This document shows, one piece after another, positions 36,601 through 46,593 of a stretch of DNA of 54,015 nucleotides; the first letter of the stretch is position 1; the number at the start of each line of letters is the position of its first letter. The DNA is from Gemmatimonadota bacterium (GTDB lineage: Bacteria > Latescibacterota > UBA2968 > UBA8231), in contig JAYPJE010000021.1 in the NCBI GenBank assembly GCA_038128265.1, positions 1-54,015 on the forward strand, written 5' to 3'. The position numbers and the translations under genes were made by a program. The notes below the pieces were generated by a model, which saw only the letters and a list, made by a program, of their open reading frames with translations, did no database searches and was not told the origin of the DNA.

Positions 36601-38088
36601 ATGAACGTGCCCGAGCCTGTACCCGAGCGGCTAAAGCGCCGCGCCGTGCTGGTCGACGCCCTGCGCGCCGTGCTGCGCACCGACCAGCTGATTCACCGCG
36701 AAGAGGATTTAGTCGCCTACGAGTGCGATGCCGTTTCGGCCTATCGCCAGCGGCCGCTGTGCGTGGCGCTGCCCGAAAGCGGCGACGAAGTTTCGGCCGT
36801 GCTCAAAGCGTGCGAAAAACACGATATTCCCATCGTGCCGTGGGGCGCTGGCACGGGACTGTCGGGCGGTGCGCTGCCGCGCGAGGACGGTATCGTGCTG
36901 AGTACCGCGCGCATGAATAGGGTGCTCGACATCGACCTGCAGAACAGGACGATCACCGTGCAGCCGGGCGTGACCAACAAGGCCGTTAGCGATGCAGTGG
37001 CGGCGCACGGTTTCTACTATGCCCCCGATCCATCTAGCCAGATAGCCTGTTCCATAGGCGGCAACATCGCCGAGAATTCGGGTGGTGTGCACTGCCTCAA
37101 GTACGGCACGACAACCAATAATCTGCTGGGCCTGGAAGTCGTGCTGGCCGACGGTCACATCGTCCGCGTCGGCGGCAAGGGCATGGACCAGGCTGGCTGC
37201 GATTTACTCGGACTGTTGACGGGCTCGGAAGGCCTGCTGGCCATCACAACGGAAGCGACGCTGCGCATCCTGCCCCGCCCCGAGCGCGCTCAGGCGCTGA
37301 TGGCCGTATTTCCTTCGATCGAGGCGGCCGGCGAAGCGGTGGCGCAGGTCATTGCCGCAGGCATGGTGCCGGCCGGCATGGAGATCATGGACCGGCTGTC
37401 GATCGAAGCCGTAGAGGGCTTTGTCGGGGCCGGCTACCCGCTGGGCGTCGAGGCGCTGCTGCTGGTCGAATTGGACGGGCCGGCCAGCGAAGTCGAATGC
37501 CAGATGGAGCACCTTCAGGTTTTGCTAAGGGATGCGGGTGCGGGTGAAATCCGCGTCGCGCAGAACGAGGAACAGCGCCTCAAACTGTGGGCCGGTCGCA
37601 AGGCGGCCTTCCCAGCGATGGGGCGCATTAGCCCAGACTACTACTGCATGGACGGCACGATTCCACGCGGCCAACTGCCCTATGTGCTCAAGCGCATTGG
37701 CGAATTTTCGCAGCAGTTTGGACTGGCGGTAGCCAACGTCTTTCACGCCGGCGACGGCAATTTGCACCCGCTCGTTCTCTACGATAGCAATTTGGATGGC
37801 GATCTCGAAAAGGCCGAGGCGCTGGGTGCCGAAATCCTCAAGCTCTGCGTCGAGGTGGGGGGCGTGCTCAGCGGCGAGCACGGCATTGGCTTGGAGAAGC
37901 GCGACCTAATGCCATGCATGTTCAGCGACGCTGACCTCGACGCACAGGAGCGCATTAAAGCCAGCTTTGATCCGCGGCAGTTGCTCAACCCGGGCAAGGT
38001 CTTTCCGGTGCTGCGTCGCTGCGTGGAGGGCGGAGCGATGCACGTGCATGCCGGCGAGGAGACCTTCCCCAATCTGGAGCGCTTTTAG
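36601..38088 (+). CDS. glcD: Glycolate oxidase subunit GlcD (FAD-linked oxidase)
   Basis: GAGTGLSGGA, APDPSSQIACSIGGNIAENSGGVHCLKYG, GSEG, FHAGDGNLHP, GEHGIG, LNPGK. Confidence 0.92.
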   Translation: MNVPEPVPERLKRRAVLVDALRAVLRTDQLIHREEDLVAYECDAVSAYRQRPLCVALPESGDEVSAVLKACEKHDIPIVPWGAGTGLSGGALPREDGIVLSTARMNRVLDIDLQNRTITVQPGVTNKAVSDAVAAHGFYYAPDPSSQIACSIGGNIAENSGGVHCLKYGTTTNNLLGLEVVLADGHIVRVGGKGMDQAGCDLLGLLTGSEGLLAITTEATLRILPRPERAQALMAVFPSIEAAGEAVAQVIAAGMVPAGMEIMDRLSIEAVEGFVGAGYPLGVEALLLVELDGPASEVECQMEHLQVLLRDAGAGEIRVAQNEEQRLKLWAGRKAAFPAMGRISPDYYCMDGTIPRGQLPYVLKRIGEFSQQFGLAVANVFHAGDGNLHPLVLYDSNLDGDLEKAEALGAEILKLCVEVGGVLSGEHGIGLEKRDLMPCMFSDADLDAQERIKASFDPRQLLNPGKVFPVLRRCVEGGAMHVHAGEETFPNLERF

Positions 38089-38144
38089 CGCGTGTCGCCA
38101 CGAATGCCATTGCACGCGGTTTGGTTTGGAGAGAGCGTTACCCA

Positions 38145-39284
38145 ATGAGTGAACAGGTTCAACCGCTGGATTCGTCGGTTGCCGTTCAGGCCCGCGTGCG
38201 CCAGGCGCTGGCCGACGGCGAGGCGCTGGATATCTACGCCGGTTCGACCAAGGGTGCGCTGGGCCGCCAGGTTGTCGGATCGCCTTGCGACGTATCCGCG
38301 CTGCGCGGCATTGTCAGCTACGAGCCGGGTGAATTGGTGCTGGTCGCTCGGCCAGGCACGCCGCTAGACGAGATCGAGCGCGTGCTGGATGGCGAACATC
38401 AGCACTTTGCCTTTGAGCCGCCTGCCTGGGGCACAGGAGCTACGCTAGGCGGCACGGTGGCGTGCAATTTGTCGGGGCCGCGGCGCTTTAAAATGGGTGC
38501 GCTGCGCGACCACCTGCTCGGCATCGAGATGGTAGACGGCTGCGGCGAGTTGGTTCGCGCTGGCGGAAAAGTAGTGAAGAACGTCACGGGGTACGATCTG
38601 TCGAAGGTGCTGGCCGGATCGTTCGGCACGCTGGGCGTGCTCACGGAAGTCGTCCTGAAAGTTTGGCCGCGCCCGGAACAGGAGCAGACGCTGCGGATTG
38701 AGGGGCATGCGCCCCCGGCGGCTCTGGAGAAAATGTTGGAGTGGGCGGGCAGGCCGTTGGAAATTACCGGTTTGGCCTACGGCGGCGCCGAGGGGCACCT
38801 GCTGGCGCGCGTAGAGGGTCCCGCTCCGGCGGTTGATCGCCAGGTCGATACGCTGCGCGCCGAATGCGGCGATGCCGATGTCCTCGATGCCGACGCCTCG
38901 CGCGCCTTTTGGAAGCAGTGGCGCGAGTTGGAATGGCTGCGGCCGGGTGCGGGCCAGCAGCGCTGGCGTTTTTCCGGTCCGCCGACCCGCATGGTGCGTC
39001 TGATGGAGGCACTCAAGGCCGAGGGGCTGAGCCAGTGGGGCATCGACTGGGCTGGGGGTCTGCTATGGGCCGTGCTGCCAGTCGATGCCGAAGTTGGTTT
39101 GGTGCACCGCACGGCGGCACGTCACCAGGCGCTAGCCTGGCGCTTTTCGGCGCGGGCCGGCGGGCGCAACGAAGAGGCCTTTACGCCGCCCAACGCCGGC
39201 GTCTTCCACATGAACCAAATGCTAAAAAAGGCACTCGACCCCCAGGGCATTTTTAATCCAGGTAAGATGTACGCGCTCGACTAG
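38145..39284 (+). CDS. glcE: Glycolate oxidase FAD-binding subunit GlcE
   Basis: GIVSYEPGELV, FEPP, TLGG..ACNLSGPRR, GGKVVKNVTGYDLSK, DPQGIFNPG. Confidence 0.9.
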   Translation: MSEQVQPLDSSVAVQARVRQALADGEALDIYAGSTKGALGRQVVGSPCDVSALRGIVSYEPGELVLVARPGTPLDEIERVLDGEHQHFAFEPPAWGTGATLGGTVACNLSGPRRFKMGALRDHLLGIEMVDGCGELVRAGGKVVKNVTGYDLSKVLAGSFGTLGVLTEVVLKVWPRPEQEQTLRIEGHAPPAALEKMLEWAGRPLEITGLAYGGAEGHLLARVEGPAPAVDRQVDTLRAECGDADVLDADASRAFWKQWRELEWLRPGAGQQRWRFSGPPTRMVRLMEALKAEGLSQWGIDWAGGLLWAVLPVDAEVGLVHRTAARHQALAWRFSARAGGRNEEAFTPPNAGVFHMNQMLKKALDPQGIFNPGKMYALD

Positions 39285-39368
39285 GAGCGCTCCGCCAATG
39301 CGAGTACGTCCTGTCTACCGCTCCGTGCGCGCAGATGGCAGCGTGCGTCCGAGTGAGGTGATGAGTCT

Positions 39369-40499
39369 GTGAGAGACCTACAACAGATCCTCGAGCGAAT
39401 CGCCGAGCTCGCGTCGGCGGGTACGCCGTGCGTGCTGGCAACCGTTGTCGAAGCCCAAGGCTCGGTCTATCGCGGCGCGGGAACCCGCATGCTGATTGAG
39501 TCGCTGGAAAAGAGTACGGGAGTGATCAACGGCGGCTGCCTCGAAGGCGATGTGCGCGAACAGGCGGTGGCCGTGCTAGCGGATGGAAGGCCGCGCCTGG
39601 TCTGTTACGACGCCTATCCCGAAGACGACATCGTGCTGGGAACGGGGCTGGGATGCCGTGGACTCGTGCGCGTCTTTTTTCAGCGCCTATCCACGGATGA
39701 GCCAGCGCATCCGCTCGAATATTTGCGCGCTAGCGCATTGGGCCATTCCAATGCGGCGTTGGCAACCGTGTTTGCATGCGACGGTATGTCGGGTGTGCAG
39801 CCCGGTCAGTGCGTTGCCGTGGCGGATGGTTTGCCCGAGCGCGATGATATAGGCGACGGCGATCTGAGTGCATGGGTGCACGCAGAACTCGATCGCCAGC
39901 AGCGTGCTGAACGCCGGAGCGCCATGACGCGTCACTGCGAACTTGGGCGTGGGCGTGCATCTGTGCTGATTGAAACGCTGCGGCCCCCCCTACACTTAGT
40001 CGTGTGCGGGGGGGGCGACGATGCGGATCCCGTCGTGCGCTTGGCCCATCAGCTGGGTTGGCGCATCAGCGTAATCGATCACCGCCCATCTTACGCCCGC
40101 CCCGAACGCTTTCCCGGCGCACAGCAGGTGGCGCTGGCCTCACCTGGCCAATGGCCGGATGGAGTGGAGGTGCATGCGGGAACGGCTGTGGTCATCATGA
40201 CACATAACTACCTGCAGGATGAGGCCATGCTGCGTCACCTGCTGCCGCGCGGACCGATGTATCTTGGCGTGCTCGGCCCGCGTCAGCGCACGCAGCGCCT
40301 GCTGGAGGCCATCGCGCGCGATGGCCTCGCCCTCGATGCCGACATTGTACTATCCAGTCCCGCTGGCCTCGACATAGGCGCGGAGACGCCCGAGGAAATC
40401 GCGCTGTCTATCATCGGCGAGATCCAGGCGAATTTACTTGGATGCGACGGCGGCTTTCTGCGCCTGCGGTCAGGGCCGATACACCGTCGCAGCGAATAG
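39369..40499 (+). CDS. XdhC/CoxI family molybdenum cofactor chaperone
   Basis: LATVV...GS.YR..G.RM, GGCLEGD, GLGCRG, MTHNY..D, YLGVLGPR.R, PAGLDIGAETPEEIALSI. Confidence 0.92.
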   Translation: MRDLQQILERIAELASAGTPCVLATVVEAQGSVYRGAGTRMLIESLEKSTGVINGGCLEGDVREQAVAVLADGRPRLVCYDAYPEDDIVLGTGLGCRGLVRVFFQRLSTDEPAHPLEYLRASALGHSNAALATVFACDGMSGVQPGQCVAVADGLPERDDIGDGDLSAWVHAELDRQQRAERRSAMTRHCELGRGRASVLIETLRPPLHLVVCGGGDDADPVVRLAHQLGWRISVIDHRPSYARPERFPGAQQVALASPGQWPDGVEVHAGTAVVIMTHNYLQDEAMLRHLLPRGPMYLGVLGPRQRTQRLLEAIARDGLALDADIVLSSPAGLDIGAETPEEIALSIIGEIQANLLGCDGGFLRLRSGPIHRRSE

Positions 40500-40528
40500 A
40501 GACCATCGCAGCGCTGCCGTTCTCCTCG

Positions 40529-41740
40529 CTAAAATATCTGCCCCGCGCGGTATTCCGGCGGCGGCGTTTCCTCGTCGCTCAGCCACAGGGCGCGCTGCTG
40601 CTTCGGCATAAAGTATTGATAGTCGAAGCTGTCGTCCGGCACGCTGATGTTGCCCTGCGACGGATGTTTGGCGATCTCCTCTTCGACGATATCGACGCCC
40701 AGGCCCGGTGCGTTGGGCACCTTGATATGGCTGTTGGCAATTTCGGGTTGACCGGTCATTACGCTGTAGCGCTGCGGCACGTCGACGGCCAGGTGTTCGA
40801 GAATCAAGAAATTGGGTATGGTTGCCATCAGGTGTACGGCCGCCATTTCGGCCACCGGTCCCAGCGAGCCGTCGTGCGGGGCCATTGTGCAATAATGGGC
40901 TTCGGCCAGGGCGGCCATTTTTTTCATTTGCATGAGACCGCCCGCCCGGCCCGTGTCCGGCTGCACCACGTCGATGATTTCGCGCTCGATCAGCTCGCGC
41001 ACACCCCAGATGGATGCGTGGCGCTCGCCGGCGGCTATGGGCAGGTTGACCGCTGCGGCTACGCGGGCGATGGACTCGACGTGCTCGGGAGCGACAGGGT
41101 CTTCGTAAAAGAGCAGGTCGTACTCTTCGAGACGCTGACCCAGGGCGATGGCGTCGCGGGTGCTGAGCCAGGGCGGCCCGTGCACATCGACCATTAGGTC
41201 GATCGCCAGACCCACTTCATCGCGGATGGCCTGCACGCTCTCCAAGCAGTTTTGCGTGCCGCCCGTCTTAATGGCCGTGTAGCCTTCATCGACGAGTTGG
41301 CGCGCCTGCTCGCGCGAATGAGCGTGCGCATAGATGCGTATCTCGTCGCGCATTTTGCCGCCGAGTAAATTCCACACGGGCTGCCCCAGCGCTTTGCCCT
41401 TCAAATCCCACAGCGCCATTTCGATGCCGGTCATGGCGCCGTGTCCGACTACGCCCGTCATGCCGTGCCCCATGAGAGCGCCCAGCATTTTATGCCACAG
41501 GCGTTCGATGTGGTTGGGGTCTTCGCCAACCAGCAGCGGTGTCAGGTCTTGGATGGCCGTCTCTACGACGCGCGGCCAGCCCGATGCCTCGCCAATGCCG
41601 TAAACGCCCTCGTCGGTGCACACCTTGACAAAGAGCCAGTTTCGCGCTGACCAACCGCCCTTTTCTGCCTTGTTTGTCTCGCGGTTATATTGCGGCCAGC
41701 CGGCGTCCATAAGATAGGTTTTGATTTCGGTTATTTTCAC
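40529..41740 (-). CDS. Enolase superfamily (mandelate racemase/galactonate dehydratase-like) enzyme
   Basis: NWLFVKV.TDEG.YGIGEA, IEMALWDLKGK, VDVHG, FYEDP, AAGER, VVQPD, APH; GTG start at 41740. Confidence 0.9.
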   Translation of the reverse strand: MKITEIKTYLMDAGWPQYNRETNKAEKGGWSARNWLFVKVCTDEGVYGIGEASGWPRVVETAIQDLTPLLVGEDPNHIERLWHKMLGALMGHGMTGVVGHGAMTGIEMALWDLKGKALGQPVWNLLGGKMRDEIRIYAHAHSREQARQLVDEGYTAIKTGGTQNCLESVQAIRDEVGLAIDLMVDVHGPPWLSTRDAIALGQRLEEYDLLFYEDPVAPEHVESIARVAAAVNLPIAAGERHASIWGVRELIEREIIDVVQPDTGRAGGLMQMKKMAALAEAHYCTMAPHDGSLGPVAEMAAVHLMATIPNFLILEHLAVDVPQRYSVMTGQPEIANSHIKVPNAPGLGVDIVEEEIAKHPSQGNISVPDDSFDYQYFMPKQQRALWLSDEETPPPEYRAGQIF

Positions 41741-41822
41741 GCAGTCCACTCCATCGATAGAGGTTCCAACAGGGTCCGGCAAAAGTATAGGAAATGGGAC
41801 GAGGAGTGGGCAATTAGGGCGT

Positions 41823-41851
41823 TTGACAGTCCCCTGTACAATCCTTAATTT
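41823..41851 (+). promoter_or_regulatory. sigma70-type promoter of the polyprenyl synthase-apbE unit
   Basis: TTGACA, 17-bp spacer, TAATTT. Confidence 0.6.
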
Positions 41852-41882
41852 CTTGCCTTTTAACTATTTAGAGAATCTGTGC

Positions 41883-42854
41883 ATGGATCCCTTTAAAGGC
41901 CTGATAGACGGAGAGCTAGAGCACTTTGAGAAGCGTTTAGACGAAGTGCTCAACGCCGACGTAGAGTTGGTGCACGATATTGCGCGCTATATGTCGACGC
42001 TCAAGGGAAAGCGGCTCCGGCCAGCGCTAGCGCTGCTCAGCGCGCAGGCCACGGGTGCGGCTGGCAGTAAAGAGGTGATCGAAGCGGCTGTAGCGGTCGA
42101 AATGATCCACGCTGCGACCATGGTGCACGACGACGTCGTCGATTCGGCGACGATGCGGCGAGGGCGCGAGTCGGTCAACGAAGTGTGGAGCGGCCAAGTC
42201 GCTGTCCTGATGGGTGACTTCCTGCTGGCGCGCGCGCTGTGCATGCTGGTGGAATTGGGAAACCTGTCTGCGCTGGGCGTGGTGTCGCGTGCGACGGAGC
42301 GCCTGAGCATGGGTGAAATTTTTGAAATTCAGATCGGCGAGCAGCGCGATGCGCGCGAGGCGTCGTACTTCGCTATGGTGAGTGACAAGACGGCTTCGCT
42401 CATTTCGGCCGCTGCGCGCCTGGGTCCCATATTTGCCGGGGCGGACCAGCGCGTAATTGATGCGCTCGGGCGCTACGGCGAACTGCTTGGCAAAGCATTT
42501 CAAATCGCCGACGATGTCTTGGACTTCACCGGCGATGCCACGACGATGGGCAAGCCCGTGGGCCACGATTTGCGCGAGGGGAAAATTACGCTGCCGCTCA
42601 TACGGGCGCTGCAGAAAGCGCCGGATCCGGCGCGCCAGCAGATGGAAGGTCTGCTCGCTCGTTCCGATAAAGACGAGGCAGAGTGGAGTGCTATTGTCGC
42701 TTTTGTCAACGAATACGACGGCGTTGCAGCGGCCGCAGACACGGCGCGCGAGTACAGCGCCCAGGCGCACGAGTGCTTGAGTATATTGCCCGATACGCCG
42801 GCGCGTCAGGCGTTGGAATTGGCCGTGCGCCTAGTCGTCGAACGCAATAACTAA
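41883..42854 (+). CDS. Long-chain polyprenyl diphosphate synthase (IspB/HepT-like)
   Basis: GKRLRP, HDDVVD....RRG (FARM), GDFL, KTA, FQIADDVLD (SARM), GKP.G.DL.EGK.TLP. Confidence 0.93.
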   Translation: MDPFKGLIDGELEHFEKRLDEVLNADVELVHDIARYMSTLKGKRLRPALALLSAQATGAAGSKEVIEAAVAVEMIHAATMVHDDVVDSATMRRGRESVNEVWSGQVAVLMGDFLLARALCMLVELGNLSALGVVSRATERLSMGEIFEIQIGEQRDAREASYFAMVSDKTASLISAAARLGPIFAGADQRVIDALGRYGELLGKAFQIADDVLDFTGDATTMGKPVGHDLREGKITLPLIRALQKAPDPARQQMEGLLARSDKDEAEWSAIVAFVNEYDGVAAAADTAREYSAQAHECLSILPDTPARQALELAVRLVVERNN

Positions 42855-42869
42855 GCAAGCGCGGCCGGC

Positions 42870-43880
42870 GTGAAAGACCTTGTCAAAAGGGCGTTTTTCG
42901 CTCTTGCCGCGCTGGCGTTTGTCCTGTGGTTGGCGCCGTTGTCCGAGCCACAGCCGCCGGTGCGCGAGGATCGCCTGGCGCTGGGCACGCTGGTGACGAT
43001 CAAACTCTATGGCGAAGAGCCGTTGATGAAGCCGCTTTTCGCCCCGGCTTTTGCGGAGTTTGAGCGCGTTGACTCGCTGATGAGTCGCTATCGCACCGAT
43101 GGCGAAGTGGCCGCCATAGAGGCTGCGACGGGTCGGTTTGTTCGCTGCTCGTCGGCTACGCAGGAGGTGCTAAAGCGCACGCTGCATTGGGCGCGCGCCT
43201 GCGATGGTGCCTTTGATCCAACGGTGGGGCCGCTGACGCGCCTGTGGAATTTTCCCGATGCGCTCGATGTGCCCGACTCGGCTGCCGTCGATTCGGCGCT
43301 GGCATTGGTAGACTTTCGCGCTCTGCGCGTCGAAGAAGGGGGCGCGATGCTGCAGCGCCAGGGCATGCGTCTCGATTTGGGTGCGGCGGCCAAGGGCTAC
43401 GCGGTTGATCGCGCCGTAGCGCGCCTGCGCGACGCGGGCGCGTCTGCGGGACTGATCGAAGCGGGGGGCGATATTCGCTATTGGGGGGAGAAGCCGGACG
43501 GCAGTCCGTGGCATTTCGGCATTCAGCACCCGCGCGACCCCGGGCGCTACTTTGAAGTGGAAGATATCGGCTTGGCAGCCATCGCCACGTCTGGTGACTA
43601 CGAGCAGTATATCGAGAGCGGCGGACAGCGCTATCACCACATTCTCGATCCGCACAGCGGCTGGCCCGCCCGCGGTTTGATCAGCGCAACGGTGTGGGCG
43701 CAGACGGCGATGGACGCCGACATCCTGTCGACGGCGATTTTTGTGCTGGGGGCAGAGCGCGGCTTGCAGCTGGTTGAGGAATGGCCGCAGGTCGAGGCGC
43801 TGGTTTTCAGCGAGGACGGCGGTGGACTGCGCAGTCGCGCGACCAGCGGAGTGCAGGGGCGCTTTCGCTTTGTCGATTAG
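42870..43880 (+). CDS. apbE: FAD:protein FMN transferase
   Basis: LGT, GAFDPTVGPL..LW, LDLGAAAKGYAVD, GGD, ATSGDYE, HHILDP..G.P, DADILSTA. Confidence 0.92.
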   Translation: MKDLVKRAFFALAALAFVLWLAPLSEPQPPVREDRLALGTLVTIKLYGEEPLMKPLFAPAFAEFERVDSLMSRYRTDGEVAAIEAATGRFVRCSSATQEVLKRTLHWARACDGAFDPTVGPLTRLWNFPDALDVPDSAAVDSALALVDFRALRVEEGGAMLQRQGMRLDLGAAAKGYAVDRAVARLRDAGASAGLIEAGGDIRYWGEKPDGSPWHFGIQHPRDPGRYFEVEDIGLAAIATSGDYEQYIESGGQRYHHILDPHSGWPARGLISATVWAQTAMDADILSTAIFVLGAERGLQLVEEWPQVEALVFSEDGGGLRSRATSGVQGRFRFVD

Positions 43881-43956
43881 CGGACTATTTTTAAAAATTG
43901 TCTCTTTTGGATTTTAATGCCCCGTTGGGGCTTCTACGGTACAGTAAGGACGAGCC

Positions 43957-46521
43957 ATGAAACGCAATTGGAAACTCATACTGGTTCTGGCGCTGATTGC
44001 CGCCGGGGTCTATTACCTGCTTCCGAGTATCAAATACTACGGCATGTCAGCAGAGGAACGCTCGGCGATGGATCTGAGCGCGCCGGAGGCGCTGGCCGAC
44101 TTGCACAAGAACTCTCTCAATCTGGGGCTCGACCTACAGGGTGGAATTCACCTGGTGTTAGAGGTGCAAACCGAGGGGCTTGGTGTGGAAGAGGCGCAGG
44201 ATGCCGTCGCGCGTGCACAGGAGATTATTCGCAATCGAATCGACCAGTTTGGCGTCGCCGAACCGACGATTCAGCGCCAGGGTGACAATCGCATCATTAT
44301 AGAGCTTCCCGGCGTGCAGGACGTGCAGCGCGCCAAGGACCTGGTTGGACAGACCGCGCTGCTCGAATTCCAGCTCTTGGAGCCCGACGACGAGCGCAAC
44401 CGCCTGCTGCAGCGCATCAATACGCTGACTGCACCGGCCAAGGCCGATACTACGGCCCCAGAAGCCGAAGAGGAGATGAGCCTCTTTGAGGAGAGCGACG
44501 CGCCGCCCGAAGCGGACAGCGGCGAGCGCAGCCTGGTATCACTGCTAGTGCCGTTGGCCACCGGCGACATTGCCGTAAGCGCGCGCGACCTTCCGCGCGT
44601 TAAGGGGATTCTAAACTCGCCCGCGGCACGCGGTGCGATTCCCAACGACGTCGAGTTTGTGTTTTCCAGCAAGGCTGAGGGCATGGCCGGCAACCAGTAT
44701 TACAGCGTCTATCTGGTGCGGGCGCGGCCGGAAATGACGGGTGATATGCTGCAAGACGCCTACGTTTCCGTCGGGCAGAATGTCGAGTACTTAGGTCAGC
44801 CGATCGTCAACTTTGCCACGACCGACGAGGGCGTGCGCCAGTTTTCGCGCGTCACCGGCGCGCACATCGGCGAGCGCATGGCCATCGTTCTCGACGAGGC
44901 CGTCTACTCGGCTCCGACCATTCAGACGAAAATAACCGAGGGACGCGGTATCATCACGGGTAGCGGATCGCAAGACGAAGCGAAAGACCTCGCCATCGTG
45001 CTGCGCGCCGGCGCGCTGCCCGCCGAAGTGGAGATCATTGAAGATCGCACAGTGGGCCCGTCGCTGGGACGCGATTCCATCGAGCAGGGCAAAACGGCGG
45101 CGCTCTACAGCATAATCATTGTGGCGCTCTTTATGGTTACCTACTATCGAGTCGCCGGCGTCATCGCCGATGTCGCGCTGGTGCTCAATATGGGCTTTAT
45201 CATGGCGATTCTGGCCGGCTTTCACGCCACGCTAACGCTGCCGGGCATCGCGGGTATCATTCTCACTATCGGCATGGCAGTCGACGCCAACGTGCTCATT
45301 TTTGAGCGCATCCGCGAGGAGCTGCGCGCGGGCAAGACGGTTAGAGCAGCCATCGACAGCGGTTACAACAATGCGCTGTCGGCGATTATTGACGCGAATG
45401 TGACGACCTTTCTGGTCGGCATAGTCCTCTACCAGTTTGGCACGGGTCCGATACGCGGTTTCGCCTTGACGCTGTGCATCGGTATTATCTCGAGTTTGTT
45501 TACGGCCTTCTTTGTCACTAGGGCGGTCTTCGACCTGCTGACGCGCGGCAGCGGATCGCAGTCTCTGAGCATTGGCCCCGTCGGTTTTCTGGCGAACTCC
45601 CGCATCGCATTTTTGAGCAAGCGCCATCTTGGATTCTCCGTTTCGGGCGCTCTACTCGTGGCGGGTATAGTGTCGATGGTCGCTATTAACGGTCTGCGAA
45701 CCGGCATAGACTTTGCCGGCGGCACGCTGTTGGAACTGCACTTTGAGCCGGCCCTGAAAGTGGAAGACGTGCGCGGCTCGCTGGGGCAGGTTGCGGTGGG
45801 CGATAAGACCATGGACTTTAGCAAGAGCGAAATAAAGCAGTTCGGCTCGCCCAACGACATCCTTATTCGCGTTAGCGAGAGCGAAGAGGGCACAGAAGTC
45901 GCTACGGGTATTATGGCGGCGATACAATCGAACTTTCCCGACAATACGCAGGGATTGGACTGGATTCGTCGCCAAGAGAAGGTCGGACCCAAGATTGGCG
46001 AAGAGCTCAGTGCGGCCGCCGTAGAGGCCGTGCTGGTAGCCCTAGCGCTGATCCTCGTGTATATGGCCTGGCGCTTCCATCGCTTTCTCTATGGTATTGC
46101 CGCCGTCGCAGCGCTCTTTCACGACGTGCTTATTACGCTTGGTTTGCTATCGCTGCTGGGCGTGGAAATTTCGCTAGCTGTGGTGGCCGGATTGCTGGCC
46201 ATAGTGGGGTATTCGCTCAATGACACCATTGTGGTATTTGACCGCATTCGCGAAAACCTGCCCATCGTGCGCCGCGAGGGATTAGCTGGCACCATAAATT
46301 TGAGTATCAACGAGTGTCTGAGTCGGACCTTGGTCACCTCGTTGACAACGCTGGTAGCGGTCATCATACTGATGCTGTTTGGCGGCGAGGTCAATAGGGA
46401 CTTTACGATTACGCTCATGATCGGCGTGCTGGTTGGTACCTACTCATCGGTCTTTATCGCCAGTCCGGTCCTCTACATGGGCCAGCAGCGCGCCGAAGCC
46501 GGCGAGAAAAAGAAGAGCTAA
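43957..46521 (+). CDS. secDF: Protein translocase subunit SecDF (fused)
   Basis: LGLDLQGG, RIDQFGVAEP, GMAVDANVLIFERI, GIDFAGG, GYSLNDTIVVFDRIRE, GTYSS. Confidence 0.96.
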   Translation: MKRNWKLILVLALIAAGVYYLLPSIKYYGMSAEERSAMDLSAPEALADLHKNSLNLGLDLQGGIHLVLEVQTEGLGVEEAQDAVARAQEIIRNRIDQFGVAEPTIQRQGDNRIIIELPGVQDVQRAKDLVGQTALLEFQLLEPDDERNRLLQRINTLTAPAKADTTAPEAEEEMSLFEESDAPPEADSGERSLVSLLVPLATGDIAVSARDLPRVKGILNSPAARGAIPNDVEFVFSSKAEGMAGNQYYSVYLVRARPEMTGDMLQDAYVSVGQNVEYLGQPIVNFATTDEGVRQFSRVTGAHIGERMAIVLDEAVYSAPTIQTKITEGRGIITGSGSQDEAKDLAIVLRAGALPAEVEIIEDRTVGPSLGRDSIEQGKTAALYSIIIVALFMVTYYRVAGVIADVALVLNMGFIMAILAGFHATLTLPGIAGIILTIGMAVDANVLIFERIREELRAGKTVRAAIDSGYNNALSAIIDANVTTFLVGIVLYQFGTGPIRGFALTLCIGIISSLFTAFFVTRAVFDLLTRGSGSQSLSIGPVGFLANSRIAFLSKRHLGFSVSGALLVAGIVSMVAINGLRTGIDFAGGTLLELHFEPALKVEDVRGSLGQVAVGDKTMDFSKSEIKQFGSPNDILIRVSESEEGTEVATGIMAAIQSNFPDNTQGLDWIRRQEKVGPKIGEELSAAAVEAVLVALALILVYMAWRFHRFLYGIAAVAALFHDVLITLGLLSLLGVEISLAVVAGLLAIVGYSLNDTIVVFDRIRENLPIVRREGLAGTINLSINECLSRTLVTSLTTLVAVIILMLFGGEVNRDFTITLMIGVLVGTYSSVFIASPVLYMGQQRAEAGEKKKS

Positions 46522-46546
46522 GCGGAACAGCCGCATCCGCAAGCAT

Positions 46547-46586
46547 ATGGAGGGGTAGTCGAGTGCGGCTACCCCTCCATTTTTTT
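46547..46586 (+). terminator. Intrinsic terminator after secDF
   Basis: ATGGAGGGGTAGTC / GGCTACCCCTCCAT stem followed by a T run. Confidence 0.8.
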
Positions 46587-46593
46587 ATCGCGT

